A stretch of DNA of 64,000 nt from Octopus bimaculoides. Taxonomy: Eukaryota. Under the pieces are notes generated by a model, which worked only from the letters and a program-made list of their open reading frames with translations, searched no databases and was not told the origin of the DNA. The translations under genes were made by a program, and so were the position numbers. Location: NCBI RefSeq assembly GCF_001194135.2, contig NC_068986.1, positions 81,341,485 through 81,405,484 of the forward strand. The letters run 5' to 3'. This document shows positions 1-14,223 of the stretch, piece after piece; the first letter of the stretch is position 1; every line of letters starts with the position of its first letter.

Positions 1-2090
1 AACCTCAGATTTATCATCGCATTGTCTCTCTACTACCTCTGTCAAATGAATCACCAAAATTGGCCTTTCATTATTTATAATCTGTACCTGTTTGTTTGGT
101 TACGAAATAAAATACACAAAACGTGTTTCTGAATTACGTGTATTTACTTTATATAAATATGAGTTGAAAACTTTCTACTAGCATTCCACTTAATGTCTAT
201 GTTCCATGCTGGCATGGATTGGAGAGTTATTAAGGTAGAAATATGGTATCGTAGCTACTAACAGTTGAGGGTTGCGTAGTCTAGACGGCGTTTTTAGATT
301 TCATTATTCTCTTTAACCCGGGTATTTCTGCTAGTCTTATATAAAGGCATGTATCACTAGGCACATGTATTCATGTGTGTGCACATATACATGCATGTAT
401 ATATATATATGTGTGTATTATCAAATTTACATCACTGACTTCTTTGATGGCCTCTCAATCCTTCAACACTTGTATCCCTACTCACTGCCCTTGTTGCTCA
501 TCCCTCTATCTCATCTGTATATTGCCCACACCACTGTTATCCATGACTTTATCTTTCTTGCTTCTTGAGCCTGAGTCCCTATTAGTCATTTCTCCATCTC
601 ACTGCACTAAGTTGTTGTTGTGACCTAAGGTAGCAGTGGATCTCGCTTCCTTTCATCATACATTGCATTCTTTCACCCATACCTCAATCACTCATTTCTT
701 AATTCTTTGTCTTCTCGGTCTCACTGAATTTTGCCTTCAGTGAAACTGAGGGTGGCTCACATTGCTTCCAGTGTAACTAAGGATGCCACTGCACCTAGTC
801 TGACTCTCCCTCACAGACACTCCTTTGTGCAGTTAACTGGTACAGGACCCATATACTTTCTCCTTGCCTCTACCCTCATCACTCAACCCCTTCAACCTAC
901 CTTGAAGGCCTATGTGTAGATGACTACACTGAGCCTTGATTGCCCAGTACCCTCTAACTTCATCCTCCCCTCGTATATTGCCTGTCATCAACCCATTTCA
1001 CTTTGTCAGCTATCATACTCTCTTTTTCTTCCACACATCTAGTCTTTGTCATCACTCTGTCTCCTTGATTACATAAACTTCTGTCATCTCTCTACCATCT
1101 ATGTTAAGATGCCTGAATATGTGTCTCCATTTCAGAATACTATGTACTCTTACCATTCCTTTCCCTATTACACATTCCTCTCATCACTATCATCCTTGTC
1201 TCTATTACTTATGCATCTCACTCTGTAAAGAGGCAGGCAAATGAGAGCAGAGATATGTGGTTGTAAGGACCCTTCAGTCATGTCAAGGACACAGCTACCG
1301 TTCTATTGCTGATGTGACAAAAAATTCAACCAGTACACTCTGTTAAGTGTGAGATTGTGTCTTACCATGAACACAATATTTCTCTAGTACTAGTGTCATC
1401 AAACAAGAACTCAGTTCACTTGGTAAAGTGGTTGATATTAAGGAGAGTGGAAGAAACCAAGCAAGATGGGGTCCCCCAACTCATCTAGAGGAGCAGTACT
1501 TCTAAAGACATACTGAACTCAAACATGAAGACCCATCTAATCTGACAGCATAGAAAATGGGTAAAAAAAATAATGATGATAAAAATTAGTGGTTGCTCAC
1601 TATTTTTGCCCCCCCCCCCCCACTGTATTTGACTATTTCAATAACAAGTGGATTATTGTATGTGCTATTTTGTTACAAAAGTCAGAACCTTCATTAGATT
1701 TCTACTGAGTCTATTCTGCTATGAAATCTACATAGATTTCACCATACATACTGAAGTAGAATGAGAGAATCACTAATTAAGCAATAAACAAAATATCAAT
1801 TCAATAATTAGCTAAGCACAGAGTAGCCAGCATTAAGACTTCATTAATAAAATACATCCTTCATAGTATTTGCCAATGTAGTGATGACTCACCACATATT
1901 TCTTAGGACATACAATTGCATTAGCTTCTTTTCCATTATAAATTACAAAACCTTATATCAAACATCAGTGTGAGTGATACAATAAGGATCTGTAAAATCT
2001 GGTTCTATAGAAATTGTAGTGGGGTTTACTAGGTAAGGAGACAGACTATGAAAGACGAATTTATTTATAATTATATCTATTATTTTTGAG

Positions 2091-2461
2091 TGGAGACGCA
2101 ATGGCCCAGTGGTTAGGGCAGCGGACTTGCGGTTTCAATTCCCAGACTGGGTGTTGTGAGTGTTTATTGAGCGAAAACACCTAAAGCTCCACGAGGCTCC
2201 GGCAGGGGATGGTGGCGAACCCTGCTGTACTCTTCCACCACAACTTTCTCTCACTCTTACTTCCTGTTTCTGTTGTGCCTGTAATTCAAACGGTCAGCCT
2301 TGTCAAACTGTGTCATGCTGAATATCCCCGAGAACTACGTTAAGGGTACACATGTCTGTGGAGTGCTCAGCCACTTGCACGTTAATTTCACGAGCAGGCT
2401 GTTCCGTTGTTCGGATCAACTGGAACCCTCGACATCGTAAGCGATGGAGTGCCAACAACAA
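2091..2461 (+). mobile_element. tRNA-derived SINE with 10-bp target-site duplication
   Basis: A-box TGGCCCAGTGG at the 5' end, (AAC)n tail, flanked by TATTTTTGAG at 2081-2090 and 2462-2471. Confidence 0.85.
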
Positions 2462-2519
2462 TATTTTTGAGATGATGGAAGTGATGTTGATATTACAGTA
2501 AGATCAAAAGTGGCAAGCA

Positions 2520-2720
2520 GGCAGAATTGTTAGCCTGCTGAGTAAAATTCTTAGCAGTAATTTATCCACCTTCATGTTCCGAGATGAAATTCTGCTCAGG
2601 TCAACTTTGCCTTTTATCCTTTTGAGGTCGATAAAATAAGTACCAGCTGAACACTGGGGTCAATGTAATCGACTTAACTCCTCCTCTGAAATTTCTGGCC
2701 TACCAAAATTTGAAATCAAT
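2520..2720 (+). mobile_element. CORE-like SINE; related copies at about 3235-3430(-), 25085-25270(-), 25765-25960(-), 46830-46990(+), 53480-53575(-), 57193-57374(-)
   Basis: Shared block gtcaactttgccttt(t/c)atcctttt..ggtcgataaaataagtaccag....cactggggtc.atgtaatcga recurs across the window. Confidence 0.8.
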
Positions 2721-3587
2721 ATTGCAGTACAGTCAAAGAGGTTAGTAAGATAAGATAGACTGACTTTCTTGGAATAAGAAACACTATGTATTCCTAGATG
2801 AAACTAAAATCACTATAAAGTGGTAAAGACCAAAATATGTGTCCTGTACATGCCAGAAGAAGTTACAATAATACTGATCTTCCCTCACTGCATATTTATT
2901 TCCACTTAGTGTTTTAATAAATCAACAACACACCTATTGATTTTGCTTTCAGTGTCATTTCTTAATTATTCAGTATCTAAACAATGATATTTAATATCTA
3001 AATGTTCATAATTACTTAGTGACCCATTAATTACTACTTCAGCACATACAGTGAAGGCAAAATATTTAATACTAGTTATATATAGTATGTTAATAAGATA
3101 TGTTATCACAAATTTACTTAAAGGTAAACAAATTGGAAAGAAATTCATTGGATACTAGAGATAGATGAAATTAGAAGAATAAGAAAGAGAATCTTTCCAT
3201 TGATATCTTATTAAGACTATCTTCATATTGGTTACAAATTTTGGCACAAGGCCAGCAATTTTGGGATAGAGGTAAGTCAAATACATCAACCCCAGTGCTT
3301 AACTGGCATTTATTTTGTCAACTATGAAAGGATGAAAGGCAAAGTTGACTTTGGCAGAATTTGAACTCAGAATGTAAGGATGGATAAAATGCCACTAAGC
3401 ATTTTGCCCAGTGTGCTAATGATTCTGCCAGAGAACATTGCTATCATTCTACTTGTATCTACAGAAGTAAATTACCAGTGTTTGTGTCATTACATGCATA
3501 AACTATTAACTGTGTTTCTGATATCTGTAATGTATTACTGGGATACTTAGACCAGCATTACCAGAGAAGTTGCAAAGTTAAACACTA

Positions 3588-4852
3588 TCAGGCCAACCCA
3601 TAAATTATGCGGTTTCTTTCATTTGCATGAATTAAAAGTCAGAGGGGGACAGGATAAACTACCTGCATCAACTCGCTATAAAAGCAGGTATTAATTTTAC
3701 CTTATTCTTAGTGCAAGTTTTGAAGAAATCAGTTCAATTTTAACAGTTATTCTTTCAAAGTTATAATGGAAGTGACAATGGAGCATATTCAGCATATTTT
3801 GATTTATGAGTTCAATAAAGGCAACAACGCAAAGAAAAGTGCAAGGAATATTAATGCAATATATGGAGATTAGACAATAAACGTAAGCCAGTGTCAACAG
3901 TGGTTCCAGAAATTCTGAGCCGGAAACTACAGCTTAGAAGACAAGCCTCGTCCTGGAAGATCTGTAGAGCTCAATGAAGATGTCCTGCAAACCCTGGTGG
4001 AACAAAATCCTATCATAACTGTTGCTTAGATTTGGTCATTCAATCATTCACCAACACTTGTGTGCCATCGGAAAGTCAACAAAATGGGTCAATGGATTCC
4101 TCACAAACTTTCCGAGTCTAATCGTGCACAGAGGGTGAATGTGTGCTCTTCTTTGCTGTCATGTCCCACAAATGAAGCTTTTTCAGACTGAATAGTGACT
4201 GGTGACTTGAAATGGGTTCTCTATAAAAATGTCAAGTGCTGAAGACAGTGGGTAGGGAAAAGAGAAACACTGACATGCCAGGCTAAAGAAGGTTTTCACC
4301 CATGTAAAGTGCTGTTATCTGTTTGGTGGGATATGAAAAGTTTAGTCCCTTTGAACTTTTAAACCCAAACCAAATGATAACAAAGGAGATCTACTGCCAG
4401 CAGCTTGAGAGGCTTAATTTAGCACTATAAGAAACACAACTATCTTTAGTTTCAAGACGAAAGGTGTTCTTCCATCAGGATAATGCTCGGCTACATACAG
4501 CGAGGATGACATTCCAAAGGCTGGAGCAGTTTGAATGGGAAACAATGCCCCACCTACCATATTCACTGGACATTGCCCTATCTGATTATCATTTATTTGG
4601 CAGTCATCAAAATCATTTGGATGGAAAAAATATGAATTCTGTAGTTGAGATCAGAACAGTAGTGGAGGAGTATTTTTCGTCACGGACAAGTGAATTTTGG
4701 AAGAGGGGACTTGCAAGTCTACCAGATAGATGGATGAGCACTGTAGAAAATAAAGGAGTGTATATTTTAGATTAAAAAAGAACTTTGTTTATCTTAATTT
4801 TGAAAAATGAAAGAAGTATAAAAAAACCCACATTATTTATGGGATGACCCAA
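3588..4852 (+). mobile_element. Full-length decayed mariner (about 1.27 kb)
   Basis: TA-flanked 28-bp imperfect TIRs (21/28 match). Remnants of LEDKPRPGR, WIPHKL, IVTGD-KW, FFHQDNAR and YSLDIALSDYHLF; stops and frameshifts. Confidence 0.9.
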
Positions 4853-7800
4853 TATTTCCTACCATGTGTGTGTGTCAACATTAAATTAAGAAGCGTAAGT
4901 TCAAATGCCATGCAAGTGGAATTCACTTTCCATACTTTTCAGTTTGACAAAATAACAGTCAAATGTTAGGATAGATTTAATTGATCCTGAATTTGCCTAA
5001 TATGTATGCCATAATGTCAATGTTAAAAATTAATATCTAAGAACTGAAGATGACGGTTAGAAGCAGTTGAAGAGTTGGGAGAAATACTAGAGTTCTGGAT
5101 TTGTTTCCTGCATTTATTTTGTCCATTTACTTCTTGATTTTGATTTTAGCTAGAGTCTACTATCATTCAGCTGAGGTCAATAAAGTAGCAGCAATGGAGT
5201 TGCTACAAATGCCCACTCTCCTTGTTTCTACAAATAGTTGCTCCTCCTGTTACTGAACTGAAAATATAAATCATGTCCATTGATCCTAACCAACAATAAA
5301 CTGAACTGTCATTAGAAAATGACTACCAGTATAGCTTTTATAAAATCCAATTTACTAGAGAGCAACAATTTTATGTTACTCACCAATGACTTCTAACAGT
5401 GTCATTACCCTCAACAACAGCAACTGTCATCCATGTTTGGCATAAATCTGTCAAAACTGCCTGCCTATGGGCTCTGTCTCTCATATCTCAGATTGGTGGC
5501 TTTCTATCAGATCATACAACTGCAACATACACATGATGGGGCTCTTACACTTTGTTAGCCAGGGTTTGGTCCTCTTCCCTAAACACTTTCCCCATATATT
5601 ATTGACCCTACTTGCTGTCACCTTCAACAATGCCCACACTCATGTATGATATGACATGCCATTCCACCCAAACCTTCTGCACACAAATGCCATCCACATA
5701 CACATGAGACACCTCACACTAAATCTGCAATGACTTCGTGAACAGAGATCTCAAAACATCCAAGTTCAAACCCATCTTATCTTCTGCAGTAAAAATCCCC
5801 ACAATCACTGCACACACCAAGAAAACATAACCACACCTCACACCCCTTTCAACAATAGTGGTTGTGATCACCCCAAATGATGATCACTATCATATAAGAT
5901 CTTTCCATGTGAACATATACCCTTTACATAGCAATGATTGTATTTTAAGGAATGTTTTTTTTTCTCTTCAGAGTTAGAAGATACTTCTTCCTCCACCAAA
6001 TACTAACCCTCTATAAAGCCCAGCTGACTCTTTCAGTAGATACTCCTACATCTGAGATGGTGATGTTGGTACATCCTAGTCCACACATCCACCAAGAAAA
6101 ATTTAAATAGAAGAAAAAAATGAAGTCACAAACATGTTTCAGGCTTTGGTCCAGAGATGTGCTGTCTCCCCCGTCTGCTTTTTATCTTGCTATTTGAAAA
6201 ACCACATCAAAAACTTGCTACTCCAAAGACCACTTCTGAACTGGCCAGTTGCCACATTCATTCAAGTACTTTTTACTCACTATTGTCTTCTCTCATCACC
6301 CACACTGTTGCCAATCCTCATAGATCCCACACCAATAACGACACCCCAGCACTTCCTCCCTAGTGCACGAGATCTCATTAACTCACTCCCAGTACATGTA
6401 TTTCCTGCAGTCATGAACTTGAAATATTTTAGGTAGAATATTAACAGCATCAACTTCACTTGTTTCACAAGACATGTGAAGGTCATAGGCCCAGCTCCTT
6501 CTAGACCAAAGATTAAAAAAATACTAATATTTATTTCACCCTAACATGGTTAAATAATAAACTCAAAATCTTTTGTTTGGTTTTCTTTTTAAACCATACC
6601 TACACAATCTTTCTGTATACACCTCAATGAAATACATGTGCAACCTTATGCAAACTTCACTGTAACCTCTGCTCCTATTACCCAAACTTAGCTACAAAAC
6701 CCTCTTGTCCACATTTCTTTGTGTAGCATCTTCAGTTGTATCTTTCTTGGTTGTTCCCTTCCTCTACTTCTTTCCAGATTCATTTCCATCATAAAGCACA
6801 ATGGTTTTCATGTAGTTCATTGCAGTGAAATAAAATTGTGATGGCTATCATATAACTAGTAACATACAGATAAATCACTATGGTTATCATATAGCATTTT
6901 TTTACTAGCAGAAACTGATGCCATTAAATGTTCTGTTTAAATTGTTGTAGATTAATGCCTGCAGGAAGGATATGAACAGGGAAATGATTCCAGAGGGTTG
7001 ATGTTGTGGGAAAGAAGCATGGGGTGTAGTGATTGGATGCAGAGAAAGGAATAGTTGCATGCACAAGGGTGTCAAGAGGTGGCGAGATGAGTGGGAAAGG
7101 AGTACCTTAGTGGTCAGCGTACAAAAGCAGCTAAATCCAAGGAACAAAGGCCATTATTGTAGCAATAGAAAAGGCAGAGAGAGGAGCAGCACACTTGTGG
7201 GGCCAGAGGTTGGAAAGTGTCTGTTAGTGATAGGGTGGTCTGTCTCTGGATGTAATCCAGGATGTCAGTGTGCATAACAGCAACACCATCTCAGATGTTA
7301 TCAGCAATGAGATAAACCACTACATTTATTATATGGTTATTAGCAGTGCAATAAACCATTAACAAAAATAATCCATCTTTGAAGTCAATAGCAACCATAA
7401 AGTCCATTAAAGATTTTAGATGTGTTTCATTAGAGATACCTGTAATAACATTCAAATCATTAACATTTGATCAACAACATTAACACGAATTTTAAAGTGA
7501 TTTATTAGAATCAGTTGTGTAGCTTGAGAAAGATATGATGATTAAGTTAAGTCATTTTGAGATATCATATCATTTGGGTTTTGTAGCAGCACACAGGAGT
7601 GAGTTAATCAGTACCAGGAGAAAATATGTGAAATCATTGATACATTTGCCTGAAACAAAAACTGAAATAACATCATACTGATAAATCTTAATACCAAAAA
7701 CTCCTTAAAACAACAGAGTCTTTTTATCTTTTGCTTGTTTCAATCAATGGACCTGCAGTCCATGCTGGTGATATGCTGAGGCATCACCTTGAAATTTAGT

Positions 7801-8129
7801 TGAACAAATCAACCTATATTTTTTTAAAACCTGGCACTGATTCTATCTGTCGTTTTTGCTAAATTGCTAAGTTATGGGGATGTAAACAAACCAACATCAG
7901 ATATCAAGTGGTGGAGATAAACACAAATACAAAGATACACACACACACATATGTGTATAATGGGCTTCTTCTAGTTTCTGTCTACAAGATATTGGTCAGC
8001 TTAGAGCTATAGTAGAAGATGTGTGCTCAAAGTGCTATACAGTGGGATTGAACCCAGGACCATATGGTTGGAAAGTAAACTTCTTACCACACAGCCAAGA
8101 TTGTATCAAAGCAAACTTCTTGGGAGGCG

Positions 8130-9320
8130 GTGGAGTAATGGCTACATTTCTAAAAAATGTCCTTAGATTTGTGAGAGTGATATGGTTTACGTTGTAGGTT
8201 AGTGTCTGAGAAAAATATAGATGTGGAGGATATTTCAAGAGATGAAGATTTATGAGGAAGTATTAGGCCTAGAGGCTGTGATGCACAAGGCAAGATAGTT
8301 CTGTTGAAAACAATGTTTAAGCTATTTTAGTAGCAACAGAAGAGGTATAGAGAAGAGACCATATGTCTTTAAGGCAGTGGCTGTAATATGTTGGTGAATA
8401 GATCTTTGCCTGATGACCTTCTGTTTTAATGTAAAGTACATGTGTAGCAACAACAACAGCATCCTAGGTACAAGAATCACCTCTTCAGTGTGACTGCAGC
8501 TATTAAACCTTATTGAGAGGAAGTAATTGGGATTAAATTATTTTTGTCTCCAAAAAAGAATCAGATGGGATTTTGGCATAATGTTGTATGTGTGAGAAAT
8601 TACAATAAAAGATTATTAGAGATTGTTAGACCTAACATTTGTAGCATGTTTAAAGGGTTTAGTTGTGTATTGCTCACGCAGAGAAAAAGTGAGGTACAAC
8701 AGTGTTACTTTGATACATATAAAAAAAATATGTATTTGTATTGTTGCTAGGGATGTGAGGTTTCTACTGAAAGAAGTGTTTTGCAGCCTCTGTTAATCTC
8801 AACAGTGTGAACCTGACATGAAGCATATAGACTGCATATCCTTTACTCTTCTGTGTGCAGAAGAGTAAAGGATAATGGAGGTTGCTATCACATGTGTGTA
8901 CAAATGTGAGTGTATGGTTAGAAGCGACAGCCAAAAGGTTGTTGAGGTACAGAAAGAAGATCGGGAGATGACATTGAACTTTGGGTTCGGAAAAGTTGAG
9001 AGAGTGTAAGTTGGAGAGAAGTCTGTCGGTGGAGGCTGTAATCTGACAAGTTTTCTAATCTGAAAAAGAAAAGATAGATAAAGTCATTAAGCGAATAACT
9101 TAGCTAAAAGGTTGCCATTGTAGAAATGAACAGACCGCTGAGCAGTGATATAGGGGAGCAAGTATATAATTGATCTGGTTCTACAAAAGCCGTACTGGTG
9201 ATAACAAAGAGAGAGGGGGGAGAGGGAGGGAGAGAGAGAGAGTGTGAGTGAGTGAAGATGATGAAAAAATTGATTGTTAATGGAAAGCAATAGGGCTGTG
9301 GAAGTTGGCAGGGTCAAGGA
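8130..9320 (-). mobile_element. Highly decayed non-LTR RT fragment
   Basis: gaccctgccaacttccacagccctattgct resembles DP-NYRPIA; no intact frame. Confidence 0.45.
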
Positions 9321-9479
9321 GCTTGCTCTTCTTTAAAAAGAGATACACTCTAAGATGTTCTCCAAAAACTGAAATAGATTTCGGTACAGAAATACTCAAA
9401 TATTTCATAAGAATAGAGACTGAAACTGAAGCAGGATTTAAGGATGATAGGAGACTTTATTTAGTTGATTTTGCATACA

Positions 9480-10400
9480 TATATATATGTATATAATAAT
9501 AACATTAGGGACAAAATCCAAAATTACAGGTAAAAACTCAATTAAAATCAATTTATAAAAACATAGAAAAACATGTAATCGTTACCAATATAGCAAGAGA
9601 TTTCACCGCAAAAGGTCTAAAGTAGACTCCTTAAGGATCGTTCTCCTTGGTTATATATCCAAAGTTTTAAATTTAAAAGAGAGTTTTGACGCTAATATCC
9701 ATTATTATTGAAATGTATTCCTAAATTTAAAACTTTATATATATATATTATAATAAGATAAGAAAATAGAGACAATTAATAAATTATTATTTATTAACTA
9801 AAAAATTGACAAACCTCTTTTACAGATGTTTCGATTCAAGACCGCCAGAAAATTAATAAAATTTAAAATTATTTGAATGTCGTATCTCGTCAGAGGAAGT
9901 TTTGTTTGTCAATTTTTTAATAAACAAATAATAATTTACTAAATATATGTGTGTGTGTGTGTGCGTCAAAAGAAGAGAGGAGTGTCCATAACTTTTGCAG
10001 ATTGTGTGGGATTGGTATAGCCGATGTTTCTGTTTAAACATTACAAGTGTATTGTCGACAGCAAAAATATGGGAAATTTAGGGGTGGGTGTTGTGGGAAG
10101 AAAGGACTGGGTGAAGTCTTTAATGCGTGGCGGGGAGGAATTGCAGGGGTGACACGGAAAGAAAGACAGGAAGAGTATATCTGAGTGGTGAGGGTATGTA
10201 CCTAGTTCAGAGGCTATTGTAATAATGTATAGGAGAGGCAGAAACAGCATCTCTGAGATAGTGGTTGACGTCTGTTAGTTTTTATAAATCGGCCAAATAA
10301 CGTTATTTGGGATGTGTAGAGGTTATGTTTGTGTTTGTAAAACAGTAACTCCGTTCGAAATACGTGTACTATACTCCAAGTGTGAGCGTTATTTAGTCTT
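9480..10400 (-). mobile_element. Probable Penelope-like element relic containing a degenerate hammerhead-like cassette
   Basis: CTGACGA...GAAAC enclosed by inverted repeats at 9781-9937, with an adjacent (TG)n tract. Family assignment is from recalled resemblance only. Confidence 0.4.
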
Positions 10401-11014
10401 TGAAGAAAGTCAGTAGCTAATAGGGGCTGAAGTATTTTCTGATTCTTAGAAGAATGGGTAATGTTTAAACTCGAGGTGCTCTTGTCACTTATGATCGAAA
10501 GAAGGTAATATCTTCGAGAAAACTACAATTTACTATCCTTCTCTCCTAAAATTTAAAAGGATTAAGTTTAAAAATATTGTATTGTGAAATTCTGAAGTAG
10601 TGATCATAGATTACAAAATTATTCGACCTTTCTTTATCTGAATGACCTTTCTGAAATTAATAAACAAATATTACAGGATTAACAAACCGAATATATAATC
10701 AACATAACTGCAGTGAACACAACAGCATACAATATTAGTGTACAATCAATACAGTTCTATCAATAAAACTAAACATACGTAATGAGGTGACATTAATCGA
10801 TTCAAGGCACGAAGCGTCGATTTTCCCGAGTCTGTGATTATCACTACACTGCGTAGCACACACCCACTTTGTCAAGAGAACATCGCAGTTCGAATCGTAT
10901 ATAAACAGTATATGTAAAATACACTATGTTTTATATATTAGAAATAACCATGACTGAGCATGGTGTTGTTAGGCGACAACGCCGTCCGGAGTATTCCCGG
11001 TGTCGTCATTAGTT

Positions 11015-11026
11015 TTTCCCGCGAAA
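11015..11026. promoter_or_regulatory. Overlapping bidirectional E2F-type site
   Basis: TTTCCCGCGAAA reads TTTCCCGC on + and TTTCGCGG on -, inside a CpG cluster. Confidence 0.4.
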
Positions 11027-12469
11027 TGAAGAGAAGCTTTATTGTTTCACTTTAATGTTGAGATGATGTTAGAGAACATAGGATTTTTTTTTTTTTATCC
11101 CGCCCAGTTGATAGCTTTACGATAACCTTACAATGCAGTATCGCTTTAATTCAACATGAATATCTTACATAATCCTAATTGCTAACGAGATCCAATAATT
11201 TTTCTATATTAAATAAGACCACACCGATGTTTATAACGATAACAGACTAAATGGTTATACATAATCTCAGTTTATATCAAAGGAAAATTAGAGCTATACG
11301 GTTTAGAAAATCAATACATCGTTTAATATAATCTGGGTAATTAGACAACGTTCAATCTGTTTGTAAGTGTAGCAGCTAACCAGTTTAATTTTATTATTCA
11401 TTTTTTTTTCTTTACGTCTATTACTGAACATTTACATTAGAATAGTGGATACTATAAGTGGGGGGAGGTATGACACAGAACTGGTTAGTGTTATCTTGAC
11501 ATAGCAGTGGATGACACAAAATATTGAGAGAGGAAAAAGATATGAGACGAAATGATGATGGCTGCCATTATAAATATTGTTATATATTCTCTGCGTAAAA
11601 TGATGACCGGTTCAGTTTAGAAGATCCGCCCGGATTATTTATCAACATTTCACCACTACGATTTAAAAAGTTCATATATTTTATATTTTCATCAACATAA
11701 GCCATGGTAATAATGGCTGCCTACTTCTCTCAGGAAGTTGGAATTTTATTTTGAAGTATCGTAAGAGATGCATCTCCTCTTCACACAGCCTCCGCTGCAT
11801 TATTCTGTAGAAATAATACTCATATTTTATTTCATTTTCTTTCTGTATCAGAGTAAAAAGAACATTTCGAAATAAAACAAATTCCCAAATAATAATTTTT
11901 CAAAACGAAAAAAAAAGAACATATTTTAGAATTGTCAAAAAAACCTGCTTTAGCTCTACTTAACGAAATACGGAGTCCAACGAAAAAAATGACTTTTGTC
12001 TACTTTATAAGAAATTGAACAAAGAAAATAATTGCATCACAAAATACTGCTTTACTGTAAAATAAAATAATTGAAAAACGTTTTGAATCTGCACTGAAAT
12101 ATATATTGTCTTATAACTAAAAATATTTAAATTATTATTATCTAGTGTGGGAGCATTTTAAAGATGCTAACGAAGTTATTAACAGATATATTGTAATAAT
12201 TTCCAAATGACCAGCATTCGTAACCGTAAGAATAATAATTATATAAAATATTTTTCCAAATGTTCAAGTAAATTAATCAGGTGAAATATTTGTATCTACG
12301 AAAGCAAAATGTAAATAAAGTGAATAATCATGTAAAACTAAATATATCACAGATATATAAACTATATCATATATTGATTAATAAAGAGTTCAATCAGTAT
12401 AGATGGCCTTTTTATCAATTCGTTTCGTAATTACATGACTAAATTTAATTGTTTTTTCACTTCCGGAAT

Positions 12470-12595
12470 AATAAATCCGGGACATTTTTCTGCGCGGCCA
12501 TTACTCTATTCAGGACCGACGGCGGCCATGGTAGTCGGGGAAGCAATCTCCCGATGAAAGATTTTCCCAGGATTTCTAAATTTCCTTTATAAAAC
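12470..12595 (+). promoter_or_regulatory. CpG-rich promoter/5' UTR of the integrase-ZF gene with YY1-like CGGCCAT motifs
   Basis: Local CpG cluster in an AT-rich background; GCGGCCATT and GGCGGCCATGG lie just upstream of the ATG. Confidence 0.5.
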
Positions 12596-12893
12596 ATGAA
12601 GATTAAAAAGAAGCATGTCGATCTATCGGCAGTTAGTCATTACCTTAGACACGGACAATATCCTGAAGGACTATCTGACTCGGACAAACGGTGTGTAAGA
12701 AAAAGATCCAAGGATTTCAGATTGAAAGCTGGCGTGCTATACTTTGTGCGAGATCCGAAAAGTGACCCGAGCAACTCAAGCGGAGCTGAGAGCGACTCAG
12801 AACGGCCTGCAACAGAACAAGTCTGGAGAGAAGTGCTGCATAAAGCGGAAGAAATTAGAAAAGCTTTTCTTGAATGCCACGTGGACAACCAAG
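12596..12893 (+). CDS. Exon 1: YPYY-type motif and first His of H2C2 module 1
   Basis: [50 protein letters not shown]...[11 protein letters not shown]; donor AAG|GTAAAT; resembles the GIN1 N-terminus. Confidence 0.88.
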
Positions 12894-13610
12894 GTAAATG
12901 TATATTTGTAACTCGATCACACGCACGCCATCAACAGAAAACTATCTTTTGTTCTATTTAATCTCCATCCTTTTACAATAGGAAGCTATGATTGTATTTT
13001 TAAATGTTTAACTTCAACTTGCCTGTCATGGTGTTAATTTTCTAAGTTAATGTCCCTGTAGATTCATAACGGTCGCTATATTTCGTCTCTACTGTCACTG
13101 GCGCTAAAATAAACAATACACGCTCTTAACTAATCAAACATTATTTCCCATCAGTCTGTTTGTTCTTTGATTAACTTTGCAAAGGTGAAGATTACAACGT
13201 TTTAGTACCACTTCACTCCCAATTTACGTGTTTAATTGGAATATTAGCTTGGAAGGGTGTCAAATTCCTTCTGTTTTCATTCCATTCCTGTCAATGTTGC
13301 TATATTTTTAAACGGTGTAAACCCATAAGAACCTACACTTAACACTATATTGACCCATTTATATCATCTGACCTGTTTCGTTGACCTAATCATACCCGAG
13401 AAGCACATCTTTATATTACACGTACAATATATTTACTTGCAATGTATATTAATTAATATAAAACAATACAATAATTTACAAAATATTTCATGCTCTTCAA
13501 AATATATTTGAATTTCTTTGAGCCTGCATGATGTAAATTTATAAAAACGTAGCAACATGCAATTCTGATGATGTCTATAAACACTGCATCACATATTCTG
13601 CGATGTCCAT

Positions 13611-13650
<40 letters not shown>

Positions 13651-14183
13651 ATGTATATATATCTGAAATGCTGAGATAGTGAGATTGGTTGTGCAGTATA
13701 GAATTTCAATGAAGTTTAATAGAAAACTCTTCGAGCAGGGATCTGCATACTCAGCTTCGAAGAAATAATGTTTTGTTTATCATCATCATCATCATTTAAC
13801 GTTCGCTTTCCAGGCCGGCATGGGTTGGATATATATATATATATATATATATAGGGATGGTCATTTTATGTATGTGTGTGCACTATATATATATATATAT
13901 ATATATGGGTGTGTGTGATTTGAAAGCATAAAACTTCACTAATCACTTAACCATTATTCCGACTATCTCTTTTATGATCTATCATTCGAAGATCAGAGGT
14001 GGCCAACATGGAGTAATAATAATGTTTTCAGTGTCTAGAGAATATATCTTAATATTTTGTATTGGGTACGGTTTCCTTCCTGTTCGCACTATCTTTCGTG
14101 ATTGTGTGTGCGTGTATATAATTTATGTGTGTGCATATATTTATATGTATTTGTATGCATATATATTTATATGTATTTATGTA

Positions 14184-14223
<40 letters not shown>

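Noticed and set aside
1893-1951. Possible - strand micro-exon GFVIYNGKEANAIVCPKKYV with a strong donor
   Set aside because: The acceptor is weak, the peptide is not recognised, and no linked exons could be established.
7290-7439. Open frame after a - strand acceptor (GISNETHLKSLMDFMVAIDFKDG...)
   Set aside because: No good donor and no recognisable homology.
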